Source: Macrostomum lignano (taxonomy: Eukaryota). Taken from it: DNA of 64,000 nucleotides. Below, piece after piece: positions 34,905 through 46,221 of the stretch. How positions within the stretch are numbered: the first letter of the stretch is position 1; the number at the start of each line of letters is the position of its first letter. Location: NCBI GenBank assembly GCA_002269645.1, contig NIVC01001632.1:1-64000 (forward strand), read 5' to 3'. The notes beneath the pieces are model-generated. The model saw only the letters and a list, made by a program, of their open reading frames with translations, was not told where the DNA came from and ran no database searches. The position numbers were made by a program, and so were the translations under genes.

Positions 34905-36530
34905 GGGAAGAGAGGGATATGAAGATGGGAAGAGAGGGAGATAAAGATGGGAGAGAGACTGAGATGAAGATAGGAAGAGAGGGAGATAAAGATGGGAGAG
35001 AGACTGAGATGAAGATAGGAAGAGAGGGAGATAAAGATGGGAGAGAGACTGAGATGAAGATAGGAAGAGAGGGAGATGAAGATGGGGAGAGACTGAGATG
35101 AAGATTGAGAAGAGACTAAGATGAAGATGGGGGAGAGACTGAGATGAAGATAGGAAGAGAGGGAGATGAAGATGGGAAGAGACTGAGATGAAGATAGGAA
35201 GAGAGGGAGATGAAGATGGGAAGAGACTGAGATGAAGATGGGAAGAGACTGAGATGAAGATGGGAAGAGACTGAGATGAAGATAGGAAGAGAGGGAGATG
35301 AAGATGGGAAGAGACTGGGATGAAGATAGGAAGAGAGGGAGATGAAGATGGGAAGAGACTGAGATGAAGATAGGAAGAGACTGAGATGAAGATGGGAAGA
35401 GACTGAGATGAAGATAGGAAGAGAGGGAGATGAAGATGGGAAGAGACTGAGATGAAGATAGGAAGAGAGGGAGATGAAGATGGGAAGAGACTGGGATGAA
35501 GATAGGAAGAGAGGGAGATGAAGATGGGAAGAGACTGAGATGAAGATAGGAAGAGACTGAGATGAAGATGGGAAGAGACTGAGATGAAGATAGGAAGAGA
35601 GGGAGATGAAGATGGGAAGAGACTGAGATGAAGATGGGGAGAGACTGAGACGAAGATGGGAAGAGACTGAGATGAAGATGGGAAGAGACTGAGATGAAGA
35701 TTAAGAAGAGACTAAGATGAAGATGGGAAGAGACTGAGATGAAGATAGGAAGAGAGGGAGATGAAGATGGGAAGAGACTGAGATGAAGATAGGAAGAGAG
35801 GGAGATGAAGATGGGAAGAGACTGAGATGAAGATAGGAAGAGAGGGAGATGAAGATGGGAAGAGACTGAGATGAAGATAGGAAGAGAGGGAGATGAAGAT
35901 GGGAAGAGACTGAGATGAAGATAGGAAGAGAGGGAGATGAAGATGGGAAGAGACTGAGATGAATATAGGAAGAGAGGGAGATGAAGATGGGAAGAGACTG
36001 GGATGAAGATAGGAAGAGAGGGAGATGAAGATGGGAAGAGACTGAGATGAAGATAGGAAGAGAGGGAGATGAGGATGGGAAGAGACTGAGATGAAGATAG
36101 GAAGAGAGGGAGATGAAGATGGGAAGAGACTGAGATGAAGATAGGAAGAGAGGGAGATGAAGATGGGAAGAGACTGAGATGAAGATAGGAAGAGAGGGAG
36201 ATGAAGATGGGGAGAGAGGGAGATGAAGATGGGGAGAGACTGAGACGAAGATGGGAAGAGACTGAGACGAAGATGGGAAGATGGGGAGATGAAGATGGGG
36301 AGAGACTGAGATGAAGATGGGGAGATGAAGATGGGGAGAGACTGAGATGAAGATGGGAAGAGACTGAGATGAAGATGGGGAGATGAAGATGGGAAGAGAC
36401 TGAGATGAAGATGGGAAGAGACTGAGATGAAGATGGGGAGATGAAGATGGGGAGAGACTGAGACGAAGATGGGAAGAGACTGAGATGAAGATGGGAAGAG
36501 ACTGAGATGAAAATGGGGAGATGAAGATGA
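34905..36530. repeat. 22/44-bp purine-rich minisatellite (GAGATGAAGATGGGAAGAGACT)
   Basis: Tandem copies over about 1.6 kb. Confidence 0.94.
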
Positions 36531-37084
36531 GCTCAAGGAAAAGCAAGTTGAAAATTAACAAAATATTTTTGTGATAGACGTGAATTGAGCTTGAAAATTA
36601 GTGGAAAACAAAAGTTGAGGGCAACGGGAAGATTTCTATGAGCTATCATTATTTAAAGGGCTACGGCTAAGGCTAGGGCTGTGGCGCAGTTGACAGCTCT
36701 GGGCAGAACAATGCACCATGAAAAGAAACTGCAATGATGAGACAAAGAAAGTGCTGCAGCATTTAGCGAGGAATTGCTGAATAATTCATGAGCTGCCTCA
36801 TCAAATTGAGTAGAAGCGTGTCAGACAATGAGAGCGGGCTTACGAGACTCGGGTGCAACTCAAGCACTACTGGAGCGACAGTTTGAATAGAACTAATTGG
36901 GAAGGGGGAATTGGGAAGTTAAATACACTTATGGGGAGGAAAATTTTAGGACCCTAATTGGCGAGGAAAAAAAACTAGGACGCAACTACTCGCTCGCTTT
37001 TGTTCCCATCTTGCAGACACGCGCCGCGCCACTGCATAGCTGAGCAGCCCATTGTGGAGAACCTGCTTGCCGCTTTGAGGAGAC

Positions 37085-40043
37085 ATGAAGCACTGCACCA
37101 AGCTGCCCATCTGGTGGGCTGTGCTCGCCCTCTGTCTGGTGGCACCTGCCAGCCTCAAGGTGAGAATGGCGAGAGCGAGAGGGAGGGCGAGAGCGAGAAG
37201 GAGGGCGAGAGCGAGAGGGAGGGCGGGAGCGAGAGGGAGGGCGGGAGTGAGAGGGAGGGCGAGAGCGAGAGAGAGGGCGAGAGTGAGAGGGAGGGCGAGA
37301 GTGAGAGGGAGGGCGAGAGTGAGAGGGAGGGTGAGAGCGAGAGGGAGGGCGGGAGTGAGAGGGAGGGCGAGAGCGAGACGGAGGGCGGGAGTGAGAGGGA
37401 GGGCGGGAGTGAGAGGGAGGGCGAGAGGGAGGGTGAGAGTGAGAGGGAGGGCGGGAGTGAGAGGGAGGGCGAGAGGGAGGGTGAGAGTGAGAGGGAGGGC
37501 GGGAGTGAGAGGGAGGGCGAGAGTGAGAGGGAGGGCGGGAGTGAGAGGGAGGGCGAGAGCGAGAGGGAGGGCAGGAGTGACAGGGAGGGCAGGAGTGACA
37601 GGGGTGAGATGGCATAGGGGAGAGAGAAGGGGTGAGATGGCACAGGGGAGAGGGAAGGGGTGAGATGGCACAGGGGAGAGTGAAGGGTGAGATGGCACAG
37701 GGGAGAGGGAAGGGGTGAGATGGCACAGGGGAGAGAGGAGGGGTGAGATGGCACAGGGGAGAGGGAAGGGGTGAGATGGCACAGGGGAGAGAGGAGGGGT
37801 GAGATGGCACAGGGGAGAGTGAAGGGTGAGATGGCACAGGGGAGAGTTATTAAGGGTGAGATGGCACAGGGGAGAGGGAAGGGTGAGATGGCACAGGGGA
37901 GAGAGAAGGGGTGAGATGACACAGGGGAGAGGGAAGGGTGAGATGGCCCGATTGACTGCCATAGACGGCGATCGCTTCCGCAGGTTTGCAGTAGGAGGAG
38001 GATTAGTATAACTCTAATCCACCTGTAGAGAAGAAGAAAACGGGGTGTCATTACTCGTAATTGGGGCTTTAAACTCAGCAGTTGTTTGCCCTGGAAACAC
38101 ACGGCAGACAGGAGATTAACAATGCAGCTTGTATCAAGGACTTCTTTACATAACACTTGGACTAGAAGCCAGACTTCTCTCGACTTTAACCCCAAAAAAC
38201 AATCCAATTTATGGACAAGTTTTACTCTAGTCCAGGTCTTTATCGACGTCCTTGGCGCGGGTTTATCTAGGCTGATCGACTTTTTGCCTGCCAGACGACG
38301 CTATTCTGAACAAACAAAATCGTTTCTGCAGAGAATTCGGAAGAAACTCCCGTATCTAGCAAAAGCCGGGCAATCAGAGCAACACAATATGAGCAAAAAT
38401 AGAATGCTTTTAACCGGCAATTGTGGATAATAGACATTGTGACCGTTCTGTACAGCTCAGTTCACAGAGCTCGGAAAGACATGGAGAGTATCGATGTTGA
38501 ACTTGAAGTTCAGCACATTTACAGGGGTCAAAGAGAGGTCGGTGGATAGTTTTGAAACGGAGTTGGAGAACGGGACAGCTGGAGAGGGGAGGCCAGAGAG
38601 GGGAGGTCAGATAGGAATCCGCTAGAGAAGGGAGGTCAGAGAGGAGAGGTCAGAAAGGGGAGGTCAGAGAGGAGAGGCCAGAGAGGGGAGGTCAGACAGG
38701 AATCCGCTAGAGAGGGGAGGCCAGAGAGGGGAGGTCAGACAGGAATCCGCTAGAGAGGGGAGGTCAGACAGGAATCCGCTAGAGAGGGGAGGTCAGAGAG
38801 GAATCCGCTAGAGAGGGGAGGTCAGAGAGGAATCCGCTAGAGAGGGGAGGTCAGACAGGAATCCGCTAGAGAGGGGAGGTCAGAGAGGAATCCGCTAGAG
38901 AGGGGAGGTCAGACAGGAATCCGCTAGAGAGGGGAGGTCAGAGAGGGGAGGTCAGAGAGGGAGTCAGAGGGGGCCGGTGGGGCGAAGGTGTCAAAAAGCA
39001 AATTAATCAAATCAGTGGCATGAAAGTCATTAAGCAGATCCCAGCGGTGTGCAAAGTGTTGATGGCCAGCTTCTAAACAGTTGAACTTAGCTAACAGAAC
39101 TGAATATCAGCAGTGCTAACCAGTTAAAATTCAGTCTGATCAATCAGCTTACCCAGCTAAATGAACTAAAAGCATGAAGAAGGCAGACTAAAAAATAAGA
39201 AAATTAAGACTCTAAAAATTTTTCGCACGGTGTGTCATCGGGAGCTGCTTCCATCAAGTCAGCCGCTCAGTCAGTGCAGTTAGTAAAATCCAGAATCCCG
39301 AATAAGAGTTATTGCTTCTGCCGTTCCGAAACAAAATTGATTAACTCCAAGAGTGTTATAGAAAGCGAAAATCGCGCACTCAGCACTATCCTGATCTGTC
39401 TTGAGCCGGTGGCTTGGCTAAGAACATAATCTTAATTCCAGTTCGGCAGTCCTTCTATAGCAACTTTACTTTACTAACTCAATTTTTCGTGGCGCTACAG
39501 AGAGAAATTTGATTCGCCTCTCTCATTCCGCAGCAAATCGAGGATGCCGACTCTCAAGCTGAAGTCGAGCGCCGCTTCGACCCGCTGATCATGAGAAAGA
39601 GGTTCGACCCGCTGATCATGAGAAAGAGGTTCGACCCGCTGATCATGAGAAAGAGGTTTGACCCGCTGATCATGAAGCGCTTCGACCCGCTGATCATGAA
39701 GCGCTTTGACCCGCTGATCATGAAGCGCTTCGACCCGCTGATCATAAAGCGCTTCGACCCGCTGATCATGAGAAAGAAGTTCGACCCGCTGATCATGAGA
39801 AAGAAGTTCGACCCGCTGATCATGAGAAAGAGGTTTGACCCGCTGATCATGAAGCGCTTCGACCCGCTGATCATGAAGCGCTTCGACCCGCTGATCATGA
39901 AGCGCTTCGACCCGCTGATCATGAAGCGCTTCGACCCGCTGATCATGAAGCGCTTCGACCCGCTGATCATGAGAAAGAAGTTCGACCCGCTGATCATGAA
40001 GAAGCTAGGAGGTTCGGGCAGATCAGAAGAAGACAAAGAATGA
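37085..40043 (+). CDS. Putative neuropeptide/peptide-hormone precursor (signal peptide + 17 x FDPLI[M/I]), 2 coding exons, about 194 aa
   Basis: Exon 37017-37159 (polypyrimidine + CAG acceptor at 37016, ATG 37085, donor AAG|GTGAGA, phase 0) encodes MKHCTKLPIWWAVLALCLVAPASLK. Exon 39534-40043 (TCTCATTCCGCAG acceptor, phase 0) encodes QIEDADSQAEVERR, then 16 FDPLIM and 1 FDPLII separated by KR/RKR/RKK, then KKLGGSGRSEEDKE*. The splice between them is inferred. Confidence 0.8.
37165..37945. repeat. Two purine-rich arrays (GAGAGGGAGGGC-type, then GGGTGAGATGGCACAGGGGAGAG-type) in the peptide-gene intron
   Basis: Tandem copies beginning directly after the 37160 donor. Confidence 0.9.
38585..38965. 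repeat. 29-bp minisatellite (GAGAGGGGAGGTCAGACAGGAATCCGCTA)
   Basis: Tandem copies visible. Confidence 0.88.
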
Positions 40044-40248
40044 GCAAGGACAGCTAATTGACTCAGCAGCAGAGAAGGCCAATCAGTAGACGCCACAGCA
40101 GCGAGTTCAGTCTACAGCGACAACGCTATCAAATTCAAAGGCAACGGTTATATTTAATTTATCCCTAAAAAACTTTTCCCCAAAGCTACGAAAGCTCCAT
40201 AAAAATGTCAAGTCACAGAGCAAGATCTGTACCGGCCAGGCAAGCTGA

Positions 40249-40254
40249 AATAAA
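40249..40254 (+). promoter_or_regulatory. Candidate poly(A) signal of the peptide-precursor gene
   Basis: AATAAA about 205 nt after the TGA at 40041-40043; a second AATAAA lies near 40410. Confidence 0.35.
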
Positions 40255-40965
40255 ACTCTTCGGACTCCTGCAATTCAAAGCCGTGCTTTAAAACTTTGTC
40301 AGTTATTTCAGAACTTGTCAGAAGATTGATGGGAGCATAATCCTCAGAGGGAACTAATAGGAAAAAAGGGAGTGAGGGAATGGAGAGATTCACTAGACTT
40401 CTTCTCGAACAATAAAGCAAGGGTTCACTGTGTCATTACAGGACCTAGGAATCCAGGCATTGTGAAGCTTAACAACTGCTGCAGGCTCATGCAAATTACG
40501 GTTCTGTAAGTTGGGCAAAAGCCGCAAGCATCAGATACAAAATCCGCAATGCTAGGCGAATTCAATAGGAACAGTTTTTAAGAAAGCAGATTCTCCGCGT
40601 TGATAACAATTAGATCGCTGGGCACTGGATTTTTCTCCGGTGAGAAAAACTTTAAATTTTCGTACGAGGGCTGTGCTCATTCCGCTGACTCTGAGCACAT
40701 TCAAGAGCGCCAATTCTGTACTCAGGCACGAGCTCATGCACACGCTCACACAGGGTGTACAGCAGCCCAGACTTTCTAATCGTCTGGCATGTACTCTCTC
40801 TGTGCCTTGAAAGCTGGCCATCAGGTGCGTCGCCACCAGGGGGGGGGGACATGTCCCCCCTCAGTAAAAGCTATGGGGGACATGCCAATGCTTTGTCCCC
40901 CCCCACCCCACCTTGTGACCCGTTGTGGTAATCAATAACATTTCTTCAGGACGCCAAGAACGCCA

Positions 40966-41903
40966 AGGTTGTCAAGAAAGTTCCTGGCAATTCTAGAATG
41001 TTCCATCAACTCGAGTTTTTTAAATGCTGAATCGCATCAAATATCAAAATAGTCCCCATCTGAGTCAATGACCTTCTGCCATTTTTCTGGCAGACTTTTT
41101 ATAACATCACTGTAGAAACCATCACTGTATGAGCCATTGATTGACTTCATCGTCATCAACGAAGCTCTGACCGCGCAGGCTGTTGCTCATGGCCGAAAAC
41201 AGGTGGTAATCGGATGGTGCAAGGTCGGGAGAATATGGTGGGTTTGGGAGAATCTCCCACCCCAGTTGCAGCAATATCTGGCGGGTCACCTTAGCCGTAT
41301 GCGGTCGGGCGTTGTCGTGAAGGAAAAGAACTTTGCTGTGCCCTGGGCGCAGTTCGTCGATTTTCTCAGCCACCTTCTGCAGTTGTTGGCAGTAGACCTC
41401 GGCTGTGACAGTGGTGTTGCGAGGAAGCACAGGATACCTTTGCTGTCCCACCATACAGACAGCATGACCTTTCGCGGGTGCAACTCCGGTTTCGGATGAT
41501 GCTGCGGTGGTTGATTCTCAGAGACCCAAGATTGTCGGCGCTTCTCGTTGACGCAGAGCACCCATTTCTCATCTCAAGTCTTAATCGACTCCAGCCAAGC
41601 TGTGGTACGCCGGAACGAGAGCAATGAAGTTGCCGCCTCCGCCCGCCGCTGACGGTCAAAGTTGCTGAGGTGGTGGGGCACCCACTTGTCGAGTTTTGAA
41701 ACCTTGTCAATGGCACGCAGTTTGTTGAATTCGGTTGTACGAGCTATGAGACGCCCCAAGGGTGGCCGCTATTTCACGTATTGTCAGATGCGGGTCAGCT
41801 TCCACTATGGCGCCGATTTCTTCGTCATCAACTTCGGAAGGCCTACCCGATCGTGGCTGATCTTCGATGGATTCGTCGCTAGCGCGGAATCGTCGAAACC
41901 AGA
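40966..41903 (-). mobile_element. Decayed, 5'-truncated mariner transposase fragment (D,D34D)
   Basis: Minus-strand pieces WFRRF...EDQPRSGRP, KWVPHHL, T*DEKW (nonsense where G is expected), KVMLSVWWDSKG, FLHDNARPH...YSPDLAPSDY (34 residues between the Ds), LPEKWQKVIDSDGDYFDI* (stop 41037-39). Mariner-like TIR remnant AGGTTGTCAAGAAAG at 40966. Several frameshifts and stops. Confidence 0.92.
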
Positions 41904-41904
41904 G

Positions 41905-42745
41905 TGCCTGCAGCGCCAAAATGAGTGCCTGTGGCACCAAAATGAGTGCCTGCGGCGCCAAAATGAGCGCCTGTGGCACCAAAATGAGTGCCTGCGGCGC
42001 CAAAATGAGTGCCTGTGGCACCAAAATGAGTGCCTGCGGCGCCAAAATGAGCGCCTGTGGCACCAAAATGAGTGCCTGCGGCGCCAAAATGAGTGCCTGT
42101 GGCACCAAAATGAGTGCCTGCGGCGCCAAAATGAGTGCCTGTGGCACCAAAATGAGTGCCTGCGGCGCCAAAATGAGCGCCTGTGGCACCAAAATGAGTG
42201 CCTGCGGCGCCAAAATGAGTGCCTGTGGCACCAAAATGAGTGCGTGGCACCAAAATGAGTGCCTGCGGCGCCAAAATGAGTGCCTGTGGCACCAAAATGA
42301 GTGCCTGCGGCGCCAAAATGAGCGCCTGTGGCACCAAAATGAGTGCCTGTGGCACCAAAATGAGTGCCTGTGGCACCAAAATGAGTGCCTGCGGCGCCAA
42401 AATGAGCGCCTGTGGCACCAAAATGAGTGCCTGTGGCACCAAAATGAGTGCCTGCGGCGCCAAAATGAGCGCCTGTGGCACCAAAATGAGTGCCTGTGGC
42501 ACCAAAATGAGTGCCTGTGGCACCAAAATGAGTGCCTGCGGTGCCAAAATGAGTGCCTGCGGTGCCAAAATGAGTGCCTGCGGTGCCAAAATGAGTGCCT
42601 GCGGCGCTAAAATGAGTGCCTGCGGCGCCAAAATGAGTGCCTGCGGCGCCAAAATGAGTGCCTGCGGCGCCAAAATGAGTGCCTGCGGCGCCAAAATGAG
42701 TGCCTGCGGCGCTAAAATGAGTGCCCGCAGCGCCAAAATGAGCGC
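41905..42745. repeat. 21-bp minisatellite (CAAAATGAGTGCCTGCGGCGC / CAAAATGAGTGCCTGTGGCAC)
   Basis: About 40 copies with two alternating variants, inside the inverted-repeat element. Confidence 0.95.
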
Positions 42746-43614
42746 TGACAACATGATTCTCAAAATAATGGAAATGTAGGAATTTAGTCATGTACATGTT
42801 GAATTCTTGGCTTTGTCCCCCCACCATAAAATCCATGGCGACGCCCATGGCTGTGAGTCGCACAACAACCCCCCTCCAGACCAATTCTCGTGCTCACAAG
42901 CCCCAAATGAATCGATAGATAAACAACCGAAAAGTACAGCATATTGTTAGAATTTTCATAAATACGGTCTTAAATAAACAGATGGAGCATGTTGCCGAAA
43001 AACGCGCACAGGTAAGCTACAATTATAACAGATTTATTCAGAGTATTTCAATATAATTCAGAACAGAATCTCGAACACAGCGAAAGAGAGCGGGCAGGGG
43101 CGCGGACACAGTAACAATAATTAATATATTAATAACAATATTGCAGGGTTACAGGGTTACAACTATCAATACTAGGATTATATTAAAAAAGCTACACCGA
43201 TCAATATCTCATAGCAAAGGACTTTTAAAAAAGAAACTATTTATTGACAGATCGCGCCAAAGCAGACATGAATGAAATTTGTCGCTTGTAACAACTTCAA
43301 TCTCTCAGCAAATTAATAGGCAGGCACTGCAGTGTTAGCCCATCACAGTGAGAGATCTCTGCTCGAAATGCCAATTAGATTTGATTCGCCGCGATATGAA
43401 TGATGCGATTTGAGTGCAGAACTTCTGTAGAGATCTGTTGGGGCTCTTTGGCTAGATATGACTGCTACCTTGGACAGGGGAAGATGAGACCGGCTTAGAT
43501 GGGGGAATAGATTAGAGAGTGATGGATCAGAGGGGAGAGTGATAGAAGACGGGGAGAGTGATAGATAGAGAGGGAGCGTGATAGATACTGGTAGGAGAGT
43601 AATAAATGAAAAAG

Positions 43615-44045
43615 GATGAGTGATAGATGAGAGAGGGAGAGTGACAGATGAGAAAGGGAGAGTGACAGATGAGAGAGGGAGAGTGACAGATGAGAGAGGG
43701 AGAGTGACAGATGAGAGAGGGAGAGTGACAGATGAGAGAGGGAGAGTGACAGATGAGAGAGGGAGAGTGACAGATGAGAGAGGGAGAGTGACAGATGAGA
43801 GAGGGAGTGACAGATGAGAGAGGGAGAGTGACAGATGAGAGAGGGAGAGTGACAGATGAGAGAGGGAGAGTGACAGATGAGAGAGGGAGAGTGACAGATG
43901 AGAGAGGGAGAGTGACAGATGAGAGAGGGAGAGTGACAGATGAGAGAGGGAGAGTGACAGATGAGAGAGGGAGAGTGACAGATGAGAGAGGGAGAGTGAC
44001 AGATGAGAGAGGGAGAGTGACAGATGAGAGAGGGAGAGTGTTAGA
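43615..44045. repeat. 21-bp purine-rich minisatellite (GAGAGAGGGAGAGTGACAGAT)
   Basis: Near-perfect copies. Confidence 0.94.
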
Positions 44046-44589
44046 TGAGATCGAGACAGATCAGAGAGCCGGACCACATGGCAAAAAACAGTACACACAG
44101 CAATAGTACATGACATTAAAAGAAGCCAGAGTCTTCACGGGGTTAAGTGTAACAGATAAATATAAACGCAGCAAAATGTGTTGTTATTATTATAAAAAAT
44201 GGAAAAGGCGTAACACAGTGCAAAAGAAGAAATACACAACTAAAATAGAACGTGCTTGAAAGAAAACGCAAAAGCACAAAAATAGGTCAACTTTATTACT
44301 GCTAATACATGGGTAGCAAAACCAGCAATACAACACTGTACGGTTTTATCTTGTTTGGTCGGACAAAGTACAGATATCAATAGAATGATGGAGTATCAGA
44401 CAAAATAAATAATAGTGAATAAAACGAAAATCACACGGGTTCAAGACAGACAAATAATAAGTCAGCATAAATATGATAATATCAAATTACTAAAGTCGTC
44501 TGAATATTTTATGCACAGGCTGGATACAGATCTTGCCAAATATGAGTGAGTTATCGCATTGGACATTCATGATGTGTCAAAAGCTCAAA

Positions 44590-45430
44590 TTTGCTACTCA
44601 AATCTACTTACTACTCAGATTTAATTACTTAATACTCAAATCGATCTCCTACTCAATTTACTGCTCAAATCTACTTACACAAATCCACTGCTCAAATCTA
44701 CTTACACAAATCCACTGCTCAAATCTACTTACTCAAATCTACTCACTACTCAAATCTACTTACTCAAATCCACTTACTCAAATCCACTTACTCAAATCTA
44801 CTTACTCAAATCTACTTACTACTAAAATCTACTTACTCAGATCTACCCACTACTCAAATCCACTGCTCAAATCTACTCACTACTCAAATCTACTGACTCA
44901 AATCTACTCACTACTCAAATCCAATGCTCAAATCTACTCAATACTCAAATTCACTGCTCAAATCTACTCACTACTCAAATTCACTGCTCAAATCTACTCA
45001 CTACTCAAATCCAATGCTCAAATCTACTCGCTACTCAAATCTACTTACTCAAATCTACTCACTACTCAAATTCAATGCTCAAATCTACTCGCTACTCAAA
45101 TCTACTCACTACTCAAATTCAATGCTCAAATCTACTCGCTACTCAAATCTACTCACTACTCAAATCCAATGCTCAAATCTACTCGCTACTCAAATCTACT
45201 TACTCAAATCTACTCACTACTCAAATCCAATGCTCAAATCTACTGGCTACTCAATCTACTCGCTACTCAAATACAATGCTCAAATCTACTCACTACTCAA
45301 ATCTACTCACTACTCAAATCTACTCACTACTCAAATCCAATGCTCAAATCTACTCACTACTCAAATCCAATGCTCAAATCTACTCACTACTCAAATCCAA
45401 TGCTCAAATCTACTCACTACTCAAATCCGA
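44590..45430. repeat. ACTCAAATCTACTC-type degenerate minisatellite downstream of the CNOT1 stop
   Basis: Recurring CTCAAAT motif. Confidence 0.9.
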
Positions 45431-45671
45431 ACGCCAAGCTCCCAGGGGGACATCTCAGACAAAACTAATTGAATGGTGCAAAAAACAATACGGATTTTAA
45501 AAATAACTCAGACAAATAGACAAACGGGGGCGAATGGGGGAGGTGGAGAGGACGCGATCAAAAAAAAATTCAGTCGATTCAAGTCAATTCCAGCCACCCA
45601 AAATAGCAATTATTATTATTAGTAATATTAATAGTTATCATTAGCGCATACGAGAGCTGCGGCGATAGTCA

Positions 45672-46163
45672 TCAGAGACCATTGTCAACTGGATCCTGCT
45701 GCTGCTGCTGCTGCAGCGAGTGAGGCAGCGGCGGAGGCGGCGGCATGCGAAATCCGGGCACGCAGGATCTGGCCACGGACTCGAGCACCCTGCCGAGTGG
45801 ATGAGGGAAGAGAGACTTAATTAAATTAATCCCGGCCAGATAATGGTTATTGAATTTAGAAAACAATGGACGCACTTTTCAATTTGAGGCGAGAAGCGCA
45901 CGAACTCGTGATCCCAGAATCGATAGGTGGGATTCTTCAGCAGCTCGGTGAAGGTGAGCAGCAGGCCCCACGGATGCGGCCGGAGCACTATGAGGCGCTC
46001 GAGTAGGACTCTGCGGATTAGGGCGGGGTGCGTATTGCATCTGTGCGTATTGCCGATACTGTTTGAGACATGCTGGTCTGTCTGCCTTGGTCTGTATTAG
46101 TGTCTGTCTGTCTGTCTTTCTGTCTGTCTGTCTGTCTTTCTGTCTGTCTGTCTGCCTGCGTGC

Positions 46164-46221
<58 letters not shown>

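Larger units (their letters stand above)
40817..42851. mobile_element. Non-autonomous inverted-repeat element enclosing the mariner fragment and a 21-bp satellite
   Basis: Left end GCCATCAGGTGCGTCGCCA and right end TGGCGACGCCCATGGC are imperfect inverted repeats; the motif CTTTGTCCCCCCCACC occurs in both arms; superfamily and TSD not resolved. Confidence 0.55.

Noticed and set aside
37965-37983. 19-nt microexon (TAG|ACGGCGATCGCTTCCGCAG|GT) that would extend the signal peptide with TAIASA
   Set aside because: Weak donor (GTTTGC) and it would break the frame with the phase-0 acceptor at 39534; no compensating exon found.
37990-38560. Possible decayed LINE ORF2 fragment on the minus strand (IHNCRLK...LLLDTG..., VLCKEVL...LLSLKPQ)
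   Set aside because: Too degenerate, with multiple stops and shifts; cannot be distinguished from chance without TBLASTN or Dfam.
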